A stretch of 63,743 bases of DNA from positions 1 to 63,743 of the IMG/VR virus record IMGVR_UViG_3300050014_000315; one strand, written 5' to 3'. Position numbers and translations under genes: made by a program. A model generated the notes under the pieces. That model was not told the origin of the DNA. It was given only the letters and a program-made list of their open reading frames with translations, and searched no databases. This document shows, in pieces, positions 1 through 9,252 of this stretch (its first letter is position 1; each line of letters opens with the position of its first letter). This DNA comes from a virus (lineage: Duplodnaviria > Caudoviricetes).

Positions 1-182
1 CGATCCAATGGACCGAAGAGTATCAAGGGGATGTTCAAAAGCAGTTGCGACATTCCCGATTAACCGAGCACTGCTACCTGGAATATTGGAAAGCATGTCC
101 TCGGTATAGCCGAGAACTCTCTGCCCTCCACTGACGCGCTGGGGCGCAAAGCCAAGTACCTTATTCTGCTCATCGGGATGAA
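1..182. repeat. Terminal direct repeat, left copy (assembly circularity overlap)
   Basis: 1-182 matches 63562-63743 except position 56 (C) vs 63617 (T). Confidence 0.97.
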
Positions 183-285
183 GTTGTCCAAACGAAGGGT
201 CCATCGTGGAGATCACCTTTCGGCGTTCCTCAATGGACAACTGGCGAAAGTTCGGATCTTGTAGAACGGTACCTACGTCAGCCAT
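1..285 (-). CDS. True N-terminal part of the ejection-type protein that continues across the origin into 61942-63561
   Basis: ATG at 285, just after the stop of 287-2329, reads MADVGTVLQDPNFRQLSIEERRKVISTMDPSF...YTEDMLSNIPG in frame with the 63657 ORF; full protein about 634 aa. Confidence 0.88.
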   Translation of the reverse strand, partial: MADVGTVLQDPNFRQLSIEERRKVISTMDPSFGQLHPDEQNKVLGFAPQRVSGGQRVLGYTEDMLSNIPGSSARLIGNVATAFEHPLDTLRSIGS

Positions 286-286
286 C

Positions 287-2329
287 TTATTTCACCACAC
301 CGATGGATTTCAAATAATCGTTCGCATTTTGGGGAGCGAAATTCCCACGACCACCACCAGATGAAGGAGCATTATTGGATGGAGATGCTGGCCCCGCTGC
401 TGGGTTCATCCCCGGTTGCCCATAAGTCCCCATCTGGTTGAGCATCGTTCCTCGCTTGCGATCCAAAAACGGAATGATGATATCCTGCACCGCAGAACGG
501 AAGTTCTCAGGGCTCAAGTTCTCATCAGTCATGTTGAACCCCATCTCTCGGCTCATGTCCGTTGCGGAGCCGAAGCCAAGGGCACCGGAAAGTTCATCCG
601 CAAAAGCGATTCTGGCCATTCGGAAGTTAGAGTACTTCTTATTGCCGACTGCAATACCACCGGGAACGATTGCCTTGTTTAGGATTGTTGCACCGGATCG
701 AGAGGCGGCATTAGATGCGGCAATTAAATCAGGAACGGCCAACTTCACGTTATCAAGAGCAGCCAATTGCTGTTGAACCTTGGGGTTCTTCGCTAAGGTG
801 AATCCCATTTCAAAAGATGCTGGATTGAAGTTTGGATTGAGGTCTGCCGCAAGATCGTAGATGGCGAGCTTCTGTTGAGGATCGCGACTGTACGAATACA
901 AACCACGGAACTGCTGCATTGTGAGTTTCCCATATGCCAGATCTTGGGCCACTCGGTATCGAGGTGTTCCCGGATCAATGGGGGGAGCAGGCTTGTTTCT
1001 AGCATCGACTTCGTTCTGAATACGGACAGTCGTATTGCTACCAGCTTGCCCAGGGGTTGGGTTAGTCAGCAGATACCCAGTACCGAAGTCTTTATCCTCC
1101 GGGGAAAGCGTCTTAGAATTCTGAATTGCCCCGTAGGTTTTGTTTGCGTCCGTGACTGCTCCCGTAGGGATTTCTCCTGACGCCCGAAGCTTACCGATGA
1201 TTGTCTGGTATTTGCTCTTGTCCTTTTCAACCTGCGGTTTGTTTGCATTCCTGGTCTGATCTGTGTTGTAGGCCGCTTCTGCCGCTTTAATGACAGATCG
1301 TGGAACGATTTCTCCCGCTTTGTGCCCTACGGCAAACGGAGCTAGTTCGTCAGATAGAGCGGCGAACGGAGGAGGATGTACGTATACCATCCCCGGCTGC
1401 GTGGGCGATGGCGTACTGGACATTCCGGGAGGAACCGGATCGCTTGCCTTCTGAAGTTGCGCGTCAGTTCCCCATTGCTTCACATATTGCTGCTCAAGGG
1501 CTTCGTTCCGCTTCGCAATAGCGTCTGCCGATTTAATCCCCGGCGCTGCCGCCGCCGATGCGGCTTGCGCTTTCCGCCATTCCGCTGTTGCGGCTCGTTG
1601 TTCTTCTTGTGAGGCTGCGTTTGCTAGCTCAGTCTTTTCCTTAGCCGCCTCCGCATTCATCGCGGATTGTTGCTGAATCTGTTGCACATTGCGCTGGTAC
1701 GCTTCCATCTGCGCGCCGTAGCCAGGATGCAAGATACCTTCCTTCGCCGCCTGTATTGTCGCGGGGGGGATATAGGATCTCCCTGCCGCATTGACATACC
1801 CGGCGGCAAAGCCCATTCCTGCCGATCCAAGCCGCTGAAGAATACCAGGGGCTCGTGGGACGGGTTCCTGCGGAACCTGCATAGCTCCGTTGGCGGCATT
1901 CTGCGGCACCGCCGGGGGCGGCGGCTGAAACCCCGTCATCCTCTGAGCAAATGTCGGCTTGAATGGAGGCGGAGTGATCGATCGCGTGGGAGCGCCTTGC
2001 GGTTCGGCCATCTCTCCATTCTCCGAGATGTTCGGGTTGATGGGTGGAGGAATCGGGGACGCGGGGTTCGGCGCCACGACATCAGGCATGGGAGTTGAGG
2101 CTCCCTGGTCCTGCTGCATTTTCTGCCGCGCGGCCTGTGCGATCAACGTGTCGTCATTCAGGTCGGGAATCGGCGGGGGAATACTGGCGACGGGCGCGGG
2201 CGGGACGACTGGACGCGGCGGCGCTCCCGCTGGAGTGCCGGAAGGCTCCAGCGTCGGGACAATCGGTTGTCCGTCTTCGTCAATCGGGTTTCCCTGCGCG
2301 TCAAAGCGCGGCATCGTCAAAACTGACAT
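287..2329 (-). CDS. Putative internal virion (DNA ejection) protein, Pro/Ala/Gln-rich
   Basis: 680 aa; coupled to upstream gene; low-complexity N-terminus; lies after the tail genes as in podovirus ejection clusters. Confidence 0.6.
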   Translation of the reverse strand: MSVLTMPRFDAQGNPIDEDGQPIVPTLEPSGTPAGAPPRPVVPPAPVASIPPPIPDLNDDTLIAQAARQKMQQDQGASTPMPDVVAPNPASPIPPPINPNISENGEMAEPQGAPTRSITPPPFKPTFAQRMTGFQPPPPAVPQNAANGAMQVPQEPVPRAPGILQRLGSAGMGFAAGYVNAAGRSYIPPATIQAAKEGILHPGYGAQMEAYQRNVQQIQQQSAMNAEAAKEKTELANAASQEEQRAATAEWRKAQAASAAAAPGIKSADAIAKRNEALEQQYVKQWGTDAQLQKASDPVPPGMSSTPSPTQPGMVYVHPPPFAALSDELAPFAVGHKAGEIVPRSVIKAAEAAYNTDQTRNANKPQVEKDKSKYQTIIGKLRASGEIPTGAVTDANKTYGAIQNSKTLSPEDKDFGTGYLLTNPTPGQAGSNTTVRIQNEVDARNKPAPPIDPGTPRYRVAQDLAYGKLTMQQFRGLYSYSRDPQQKLAIYDLAADLNPNFNPASFEMGFTLAKNPKVQQQLAALDNVKLAVPDLIAASNAASRSGATILNKAIVPGGIAVGNKKYSNFRMARIAFADELSGALGFGSATDMSREMGFNMTDENLSPENFRSAVQDIIIPFLDRKRGTMLNQMGTYGQPGMNPAAGPASPSNNAPSSGGGRGNFAPQNANDYLKSIGVVK

Positions 2330-2916
2330 TAGCGTCTCCGGTATTGCATCTGAGGTAGGTTTGCCGTCGATACGCGGGCGTCAGGGCGTCCATTGAGCGG
2401 GATCACGGCTTCTGGCCCATCCTCTCCCAGCAGGACGTTGGTGGGCTTGGAAACTACCGTTCCTTGGGCTGCTGCCTGCTGTGGCCTGGTGTTCCGTGGC
2501 GGCACGCCGAATTGTTCATGGAACTGGTTAGGAATGGGCGTCTGCGGAGGCATTAGGTTTGCCGCTCCATCATCTAGCGTCTGCGTGGCGTTGGGCAACT
2601 GCGGGACTGGAGTAGGGGCGATCCCACTTCCAGGTGTCGGCCCTTGATCTGGGCTGGATGACGGGATGCTCTGCATTTGCGCGATGTCGTCTGCCGTTTG
2701 CGCGTCAGACTGGGCTGGAGGTGCCGAACCGACCGGGAGTGGACCCTGCGCCGGCCCCTGCCCCCGATTCCGATTGCGATAGTTCATCAGCAATCCCCCT
2801 ACAGCCCCACCGGCTTTTATGGAATTCTGCATCTGCGCGTTCTGCGGATAGGCGGCTCCCATGTAACCAGATCCAAACCGCCCTGCCGTGTGTAATATTG
2901 CTCCGATATCCGACAT
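2329..2916 (-). CDS. Putative internal virion protein with C-terminal GEDGPE module
   Basis: 195 aa; AAQGTVVSKPTNVLLGEDGPEAVIPL...QMQYRRR. Confidence 0.6.
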   Translation of the reverse strand: MSDIGAILHTAGRFGSGYMGAAYPQNAQMQNSIKAGGAVGGLLMNYRNRNRGQGPAQGPLPVGSAPPAQSDAQTADDIAQMQSIPSSSPDQGPTPGSGIAPTPVPQLPNATQTLDDGAANLMPPQTPIPNQFHEQFGVPPRNTRPQQAAAQGTVVSKPTNVLLGEDGPEAVIPLNGRPDARVSTANLPQMQYRRR

Positions 2917-2917
2917 A

Positions 2918-3874
2918 TTACCTCCCGCCCTGTTTGTACTGCATCCTTGGACCGACCGGGACTACTGCCTCCGGGCCATTCTCTGCAATTCGCGCCCGAG
3001 TGGGCTTGCGAATGATGCCTCCCTTTGCGAGATTCATGTAATCTGCGTCTTGATTTTCAACCGCTCCAGGGGTGTACCCACCGCCTCCCCAGTTGTTATC
3101 ATTACCGCCGCCCATCCCTGGGTATGCGATCGATGACGTAACGGACGGCGAAGGCTCTGGTTCGGGTGGGGCTTCCGGCCACCCGCCGGCCCATGGAGGC
3201 GACTCGATGTATCCTCCCCCGCCGTTGGATTCTCCGCCGCCGCCTCCTGTCCCTGGATATGTAACGTTGCTGGACGCCTCGCCCGGCGCTGGAGGCTCTG
3301 GAATCTGGGGATCTGGAGCCGCAGGATTAGGGGATGGCTCGATAGGCTTCAGCGGAGTGGGGGTCGGCACGACTCCACCCCATTTCACATTGGAGTCCAC
3401 GGATGTCGGTGCTGGAGGCTCTGGGATAGTGGGATTCGTGGGAGGGGGCAAAGCAGGTGGCGCAAGTGGGGCTGGAGTCGTCGCGGGGCTCCCGCTTCCC
3501 TTAACCGGGCCAACACTCATAGTTGGGGAAGGCGGAATCACGCCCACGCCAGGCCCCATTGTCATGGTCGGATTTGGAAGGGTTTGCACGCTTGTATGTG
3601 TTTGCCCCGATTCAAGCGGAACAGGCGCGCTTTTCGGCGGTTGCGGCGGAGGCGTGTTGATCGTACCTCCAGGCATACCGCCTTCCGATCCTTTGTCCGG
3701 GGAAGTATTTTTCCTACTTGTTAGCGAGAAGCTCTGCGATGATGGATAATCCTCTGGGTCACTCCCAGGTCCACCTGTCTTGGGCCTCAACCGAGGGTCC
3801 AACTGATCGTAAATTGTCGGGTCCACCACGTTTTGACGCGGCAACCAAGGGTAACGGCTTCGGAGATCAGGCAT
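2918..3874 (-). CDS. Proline-rich putative internal virion protein with C-terminal AKGG/ENGPE module
   Basis: 318 aa; LAKGGIIRKPTRARIAENGPEAVVPVGPRMQYKQGGR. Confidence 0.6.
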   Translation of the reverse strand: MPDLRSRYPWLPRQNVVDPTIYDQLDPRLRPKTGGPGSDPEDYPSSQSFSLTSRKNTSPDKGSEGGMPGGTINTPPPQPPKSAPVPLESGQTHTSVQTLPNPTMTMGPGVGVIPPSPTMSVGPVKGSGSPATTPAPLAPPALPPPTNPTIPEPPAPTSVDSNVKWGGVVPTPTPLKPIEPSPNPAAPDPQIPEPPAPGEASSNVTYPGTGGGGGESNGGGGYIESPPWAGGWPEAPPEPEPSPSVTSSIAYPGMGGGNDNNWGGGGYTPGAVENQDADYMNLAKGGIIRKPTRARIAENGPEAVVPVGPRMQYKQGGR

Positions 3875-5675
3875 ACGCTGGAACCTCGTTGCGGCGACGA
3901 TAATTCATGCCGCCAAGTTTGATTACGATTTCCGGTCCGTCCTCGCCCACGCGAGCCACAGTAGGCTTATCCACCACGCCTCCCTTTGCAAGTGCGTTTG
4001 CCACCCCGCCCACTACCTTTTCCAGCGTGGTTGGCAATTGTGCCGCCTTAATCGCGCTCTGTTGGCTGGCCGCGTTCGCTCCAGTCGTATTGCCGAACGC
4101 CTGGAGTTGGCCGGCCATCATCGAATTCGCTTCGTTGTAGCCCGTCTGCTCTTCATTACGGATGTCCGAGCGCGCTGCCGTCTGATCGGAGCGGGTTGCC
4201 CCAGCCTCTTGCGTAGCACGCTGTGATGCCGCCGTGTCTTGGTAGCTCCCACGGCTGAACTGGGCTGCCTGGTTGGATTGGCTTGTCTGCTGTCGATTCT
4301 GTGCGAGCGCCTGCGCTCTCTGCGCCGCCGTCACATCCCCGGCAGTGGCGAGCGCCGTCTGCTGATTGGCAATATCGTTCTGCTCTTGGAGATACGCCGC
4401 CCCAGTGGTGGTTGCTCCGGCCGCCCGTCCCGTAGTCAGAAATTGCTGATTGGCGATATTGGCCTCACCGGATGTCGTGGCTGCCTGGGTTTCCCGCGTG
4501 GCGATGTCTTGCGCCGTCGCGAGTCGAGTCTGTTCTTTCTGCTGTTCCGTGGTGAGTCCGAGTTGCGCGGCCTGGATCTTGGCTTTTGTCATGGCGTCGG
4601 CGGAAGCAACCGCGCCGGTTTGCCGCTGCCGATCTAGCGCCGCAGCCATAGCCAAGGGGGAATTAGCCCCAGATGCATTCGCTTGTCGCTGGAGTTGATC
4701 GGTCGTGGCCGCCGTACCCTGCCCGACCGTGCGCGCCGCGTCTTCGATCATGGCTTGCTGCTGATCTGGACCGAAATTGTAATTGTTCTGATATTCAGAA
4801 CTGAGCCCCAGCTGTGATGGATCGATTGCGTTGTCCAACTGCTGAGACATCTGGCCCGTTGCGGTGTTGAGATCGGTCGCTCCCGTGTCGTATGTCCCGG
4901 CAACCTGCCCCTGATAATTGCGGGCGTCCTGACGAAGATTTTCAACGCTGGAGTTGTATGTCTGCGAGCCGATGTTAGCATTCCCCGTCATCGCCGCTTG
5001 CTCGTCGGGGGTCAACTGATTTTCCGCCGCCATCGCGGGAGTCCATCCGAGCGCATCCAGCCCCGCTTGATTCGTGATCCCAGACGCTTGGTCGGCGGTA
5101 TACCCAGGATTTTGCAGGAGATTCGCGTAAGCCTCATCTCCGGTAGACCCTAATTGGGTGGCGCGCATTTGCTGCTGCGCCATTTGCGTTCCGTAATTAT
5201 TCATCAGAACGCCGCCCTGCGTTACCGCGTAGGCATTCTGATTGGCGAGCATGTCCCCGACGTTATTGGAGGAATTGAAGGACCAATCGGGGACCGTGCT
5301 GGTGGTTCCGTCGGCGTTGGTTGTGGTCTTGATCGGATACCCACCGATGGCACCCGTCGTCATTGTCCCTGGATTGCTAGCGCCATAGCCCCCAGGCAAG
5401 ATCCCATTCGTAACTCCGTTCGTGGCAGGCGCCGGATCTGATGCTCCCGGTGTGACTGAATCGGAAGGCATCGTCGGTGTAGCAGGCGCAGGCGGAACAG
5501 TCGAATCTACTACACCAGTATTCGTATACGCCGGAGGGTCAGTCTGCGCCGCAGCTATGGCCTGAGCGCCGCTTGGATTTGCGGACGAATCGGCGTAGGA
5601 TGTCGCGCCAGGAGGAATCGGCTGTCCGAGCGAATTGAATGTGTACCCTGCATCGAGCATCTGTTGGTAGGTCAT
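3867..5675 (-). CDS. Putative ejection/pilot protein (Ala/Gln helical) with C-terminal AKGG/GEDGPE module
   Basis: 602 aa; long A/Q/T-rich helical region; LAKGGVVDKPTVARVGEDGPEIVIKLGGMNYRRR. Confidence 0.65.
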   Translation of the reverse strand: MTYQQMLDAGYTFNSLGQPIPPGATSYADSSANPSGAQAIAAAQTDPPAYTNTGVVDSTVPPAPATPTMPSDSVTPGASDPAPATNGVTNGILPGGYGASNPGTMTTGAIGGYPIKTTTNADGTTSTVPDWSFNSSNNVGDMLANQNAYAVTQGGVLMNNYGTQMAQQQMRATQLGSTGDEAYANLLQNPGYTADQASGITNQAGLDALGWTPAMAAENQLTPDEQAAMTGNANIGSQTYNSSVENLRQDARNYQGQVAGTYDTGATDLNTATGQMSQQLDNAIDPSQLGLSSEYQNNYNFGPDQQQAMIEDAARTVGQGTAATTDQLQRQANASGANSPLAMAAALDRQRQTGAVASADAMTKAKIQAAQLGLTTEQQKEQTRLATAQDIATRETQAATTSGEANIANQQFLTTGRAAGATTTGAAYLQEQNDIANQQTALATAGDVTAAQRAQALAQNRQQTSQSNQAAQFSRGSYQDTAASQRATQEAGATRSDQTAARSDIRNEEQTGYNEANSMMAGQLQAFGNTTGANAASQQSAIKAAQLPTTLEKVVGGVANALAKGGVVDKPTVARVGEDGPEIVIKLGGMNYRRRNEVPAYA

Positions 5676-5684
5676 ATAATTCCC

Positions 5685-6878
5685 CTATGCCGCGATCATG
5701 TGAATTGAACCCCAGTGCCCGTTAGTGCCAGTTACCGGAGATCCAGAACTCTGAAATGCAAAGAATTCCACGATGTCATTGACCGCCAAGCGGGCAAACG
5801 ATGTGACATGGGCCGTTCCATTCGGGCTTTCCCCGATATGGGATGGCGCACCGGCTGGGTCAGATCCGTTGATCTTCACTTGGAGCACCGTGATATACGA
5901 AGTGCTCGACATGTTGATATAGCCGGTAATCATGTACCAGCCGGCGGTCTGGCAGGTGAACCTGGAAGGGTTAACGCTTGTCGAATGGATTCCGCCAACA
6001 TCTTTGACGTTAGTATCAAATTGGATAGCGCCTGCGGAAGTTGGGATGGTCCATGATGCAGACCGGTATGCAAGGCTGTGTTGCGCCACAAGTGCTGGAC
6101 CTTGCGGGCCAGTTGCACCTGTCGGGCCAGTAGCACCAGTGCTTCCTGTAGGACCAGTTGGACCAGTTGGTCCTGTTGCACCCGGAGTCCCAGCCGATCC
6201 CGTCAATCCGGTTGGTCCAGTTGGTCCCGTTGCTCCAGTCGCTCCGGTTGGTCCAGCGGAGCCCGTCAGCCCTGTCGGGCCTACAGAACCCGTTGCTCCA
6301 GTCGCTCCGGTCGGCCCCACCATTGACGTTCCAGCGGGCCATACGCCGCCCGCTTTTGGACCGTACAAATAGTTGGTGGTGGTGCGAATGTAGAAGTTCC
6401 CGTCTGAACCTTCAGTAGTAGGGGCGGCAGTACCGTACAGAACCGTATTTGACGCTCCAGTTGGGTTCCATATTGATCCGTTGACCGTCACTGGGCTGCC
6501 CACAATATCCAATTCCAGCGGGGCTCCCGTGTTGTGATCCCACGATGCGATATTGGCTTTCTGGTCCGCAAATGTGAGGTCGAGCCCCTGCCCCGCCACC
6601 GTCTCCAAGCCTCCCTGCACATGGATTCCGCCTAGTATTCGATCACCCGACACATAGGAGCGAGAAGGTCTACGGGGGTCGCGCGTATCGGGAGAAGCCA
6701 GTTCCTTATGGCGATTTTCCAAATTGTCAATCGCCCCCTGCGCTTGGTCAAGTGCCCCCGCGATGGCTGTTAACGCGTCCTGCACCGCTGGATAGGTGAT
6801 AGTTGAGATTGCCGCTCGCACGGTCTGCGCCGCGCCGCGAAGGTTCGATACTGATGGAGTTCCTGATTCTCGTGGCAT
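5685..6878 (-). CDS. Collagen-like tail fibre with C-terminal C1q/TNF-like head
   Basis: 397 aa; [28 protein letters not shown] motif, (GxT)n run, [13 protein letters not shown]. Confidence 0.8.
   Translation of the reverse strand: MPRESGTPSVSNLRGAAQTVRAAISTITYPAVQDALTAIAGALDQAQGAIDNLENRHKELASPDTRDPRRPSRSYVSGDRILGGIHVQGGLETVAGQGLDLTFADQKANIASWDHNTGAPLELDIVGSPVTVNGSIWNPTGASNTVLYGTAAPTTEGSDGNFYIRTTTNYLYGPKAGGVWPAGTSMVGPTGATGATGSVGPTGLTGSAGPTGATGATGPTGPTGLTGSAGTPGATGPTGPTGPTGSTGATGPTGATGPQGPALVAQHSLAYRSASWTIPTSAGAIQFDTNVKDVGGIHSTSVNPSRFTCQTAGWYMITGYINMSSTSYITVLQVKINGSDPAGAPSHIGESPNGTAHVTSFARLAVNDIVEFFAFQSSGSPVTGTNGHWGSIHMIAA
6095..6318 (-). repeat. Gly-X-Y collagen-like coding repeat
   Basis: 9-nt periodic GPT/GAT/GLT triplets; boundaries approximate. 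Confidence 0.85.
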
Positions 6879-9202
6879 TATCGTTGCATCAAATAGGGGC
6901 TGTAGTACCAGCGAAGGTACGCCAGATTCCAGTAGTTATCGATCAATGAGTCCGAAAATTCCACAAAGGCGAGTTCGTTGCGCATCCGAGCCAAAACGAG
7001 AGCATCCTGGTCAGGGACGGTGGATAGAGCCACCTGACGGCACGGGAAGTTATTCGCCGCGTCAATGTCGTATACTTTCGGCGTGATAGATCCAAGCCCC
7101 TTCAGCCGCGCATGGAATCCGTGGTGCATGAGGATCTGCCCCTGCGAGACACCGCGTCCGGGCAATGGGCAGGTTCGATAAAGGGACGAAATCGCCGCGC
7201 CATTGTCCTGGTATGGAGTCGTATTGACGGAGAGGGTCGCGTCAGCGTATGTCGCTGTCGGCACCCCAACGGTGGCAAACGTGAATGTCGCCGGTGCTGG
7301 CACGGTGGCGATGGTGTAATATCCATTGAGCGCCGCTGTCGCCGAGCCTGAAACCTGAATCCGTTGCCCAACGTAGAGACCGTGTGCGCTTGCCGTGGTT
7401 GCCGTCGCAATGTTCGTTGGGGTTCCTGCCACGGCAATGTTGGTAAGCGTGGAATCTGAACGCTTGAATGCTCGAAAATCAGCGTCGCTGGTCTTTCGAA
7501 CTAACGGGTTTGATACGGAAGATCCGAGCCACAATTCCACCTTCCCGGAATTCCCAATCGCCTGCCCCGGAAGATCGTTACGAACCAGATCCATCGCTCC
7601 CAGGAAATACCCGTATAGCGAATCGAGAGAATACATGATGGTGTCTGGCGTAGTTCCGTTCGTGTAGTCCCACGTCATGATGTGTGAGGCGCTGGTTGCT
7701 CTATCGAGCGCCACCATTACATGCACACGCTTATTCCCAGCATCGTCCTTGATTTTTATTAAATATGACAGTCCCCAATTGATTCGATTCCAGTCTGGAG
7801 TCTGTAAATAGCTCACCGGCAGAGAAGTGATTGGTGCTCCCGTAAATAGATACAACCCAGCCTGATCTGCCAACCAAGCATAGTTTCCGCTAGGTGCAAC
7901 TTCTACCCCGTGGATTGCCTGTGTCCCATGTCTCCCGTCGATCAACTGTGCCGCTGCCCATGTCACTGGAACGTCGTTATTGTCAGTGGTTGCCCAAATC
8001 TCATTCGGGCCGACGATGTAATTGGCGCTTCCCATGTGAAACATGGTGACGATTGGCCGTTGCCCTGGGAGTTGCAGCATGTGCTGATCTTCCGTGATTG
8101 CTTGATAGCTGTTCGGCTCGCTCACGTAGATTGCGTCAATCGTGTTCCCTTGATTATCGGCCTGGGTTCCGAGGTACGCCATCCGGTTCCCAAACAGCGC
8201 AACATGGCGGATCTTGAACGCGCCGGTTGTAGTGTTGTTGCTACCCTGCGTAAGCCAGTACAGATAAGGAGTGGCATCTACCCCTTGACTAGCTAGGTCG
8301 GCGTCCGATGTTGAAATATCGACGTTGAACGCCGCACCTGCACCTGGAACTGAGGTTCTAGAACCTGGGACGATGTAATACTGGTTTAGGTTGGTGCTCG
8401 TGGACATTATTACCGATACCGCTGTCATTTCAGCCTGCATCGGATGTGAAGCGTTCCAGTTTAACGCGAAAGCCATCCGCAGGTTTTTCCCCCCTGAGGA
8501 TGTTACAGAAATCGGCGATAAAGATGGGCGGGATGCCGTAAATGAAGTTGTCGAATCCGGGGATACCCGCGTCACAAATCCGGTCGTGAATTCTACCAAA
8601 TACCCTAGGCGGTGGTCTCCTGCCGTGACTACTCCGGCGGAGTTCTCTGATATTACTGGAGCATAATTAGATGGTCCGCCGAATAGATTATCCTTTGAAC
8701 TGGGTCCAGACATCGGAAGAACGCACCCGATGCTTACTCCTTGCTGGCTGGAATCAAAAATAGTTCCATACAACCGCAGCCCTACTCCTATTATGCTTCC
8801 GCCGTTACATGGCGCAGAAAACATAGGTTTGTCAACAATTGCAGCGCATGACTTCAAGTCGTAAACCGCAAGGTATGTATATGGGATCTGCGACCTTATG
8901 TACGCTATAGCGGTAGTCCCAAAACTTGAATTGATCTGATAAAATGGCGCGATGTAATTGTACATCTCCGCAGGCTGACCGAGCGATAGACTCGTGAGTG
9001 CTGGGTTGACTGCCGCATATCCGTGCCGCTTCCCTACGCTCCCGGCGCTGTATTCCACATTCCGCGCCAGTAGAGCTTGCGACACAGCCCCGGAATAGAC
9101 CGCCGCGGCAGAGCGAATACCCACCATGGATGGATCGGTGAGAAGATTCGCCCCGCCGAAGGAGTTGATTTCGGAGTAGCTGTAATCGTTTAGGAGGCTC
9201 GT
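6878..9202 (-). CDS. Tail nozzle / tubular protein B-like (first ATG at 9127; possible ACG start at 9202)
   Basis: 749+ aa, beta-rich, downstream of adaptor; [12 protein letters not shown]...IYVSEPN propeller-like motif. Confidence 0.6.
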   Translation of the reverse strand, partial: TSLLNDYSYSEINSFGGANLLTDPSMVGIRSAAAVYSGAVSQALLARNVEYSAGSVGKRHGYAAVNPALTSLSLGQPAEMYNYIAPFYQINSSFGTTAIAYIRSQIPYTYLAVYDLKSCAAIVDKPMFSAPCNGGSIIGVGLRLYGTIFDSSQQGVSIGCVLPMSGPSSKDNLFGGPSNYAPVISENSAGVVTAGDHRLGYLVEFTTGFVTRVSPDSTTSFTASRPSLSPISVTSSGGKNLRMAFALNWNASHPMQAEMTAVSVIMSTSTNLNQYYIVPGSRTSVPGAGAAFNVDISTSDADLASQGVDATPYLYWLTQGSNNTTTGAFKIRHVALFGNRMAYLGTQADNQGNTIDAIYVSEPNSYQAITEDQHMLQLPGQRPIVTMFHMGSANYIVGPNEIWATTDNNDVPVTWAAAQLIDGRHGTQAIHGVEVAPSGNYAWLADQAGLYLFTGAPITSLPVSYLQTPDWNRINWGLSYLIKIKDDAGNKRVHVMVALDRATSASHIMTWDYTNGTTPDTIMYSLDSLYGYFLGAMDLVRNDLPGQAIGNSGKVELWLGSSVSNPLVRKTSDADFRAFKRSDSTLTNIAVAGTPTNIATATTASAHGLYVGQRIQVSGSATAALNGYYTIATVPAPATFTFATVGVPTATYADATLSVNTTPYQDNGAAISSLYRTCPLPGRGVSQGQILMHHGFHARLKGLGSITPKVYDIDAANNFPCRQVALSTVPDQDALVLARMRNELAFVEFSDSLIDNYWNLAYLRWYYSPYLMQR

Positions 9203-9252
9203 ATGGATACCCTAGAGGAGGGGCGCAAGCGCCAAGCCAGCGCCCCGATGGA

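Noticed and set aside
6095-6318. Repeat tract as a regulatory or variable repeat
   Set aside because: Explained by collagen Gly-X-Y coding
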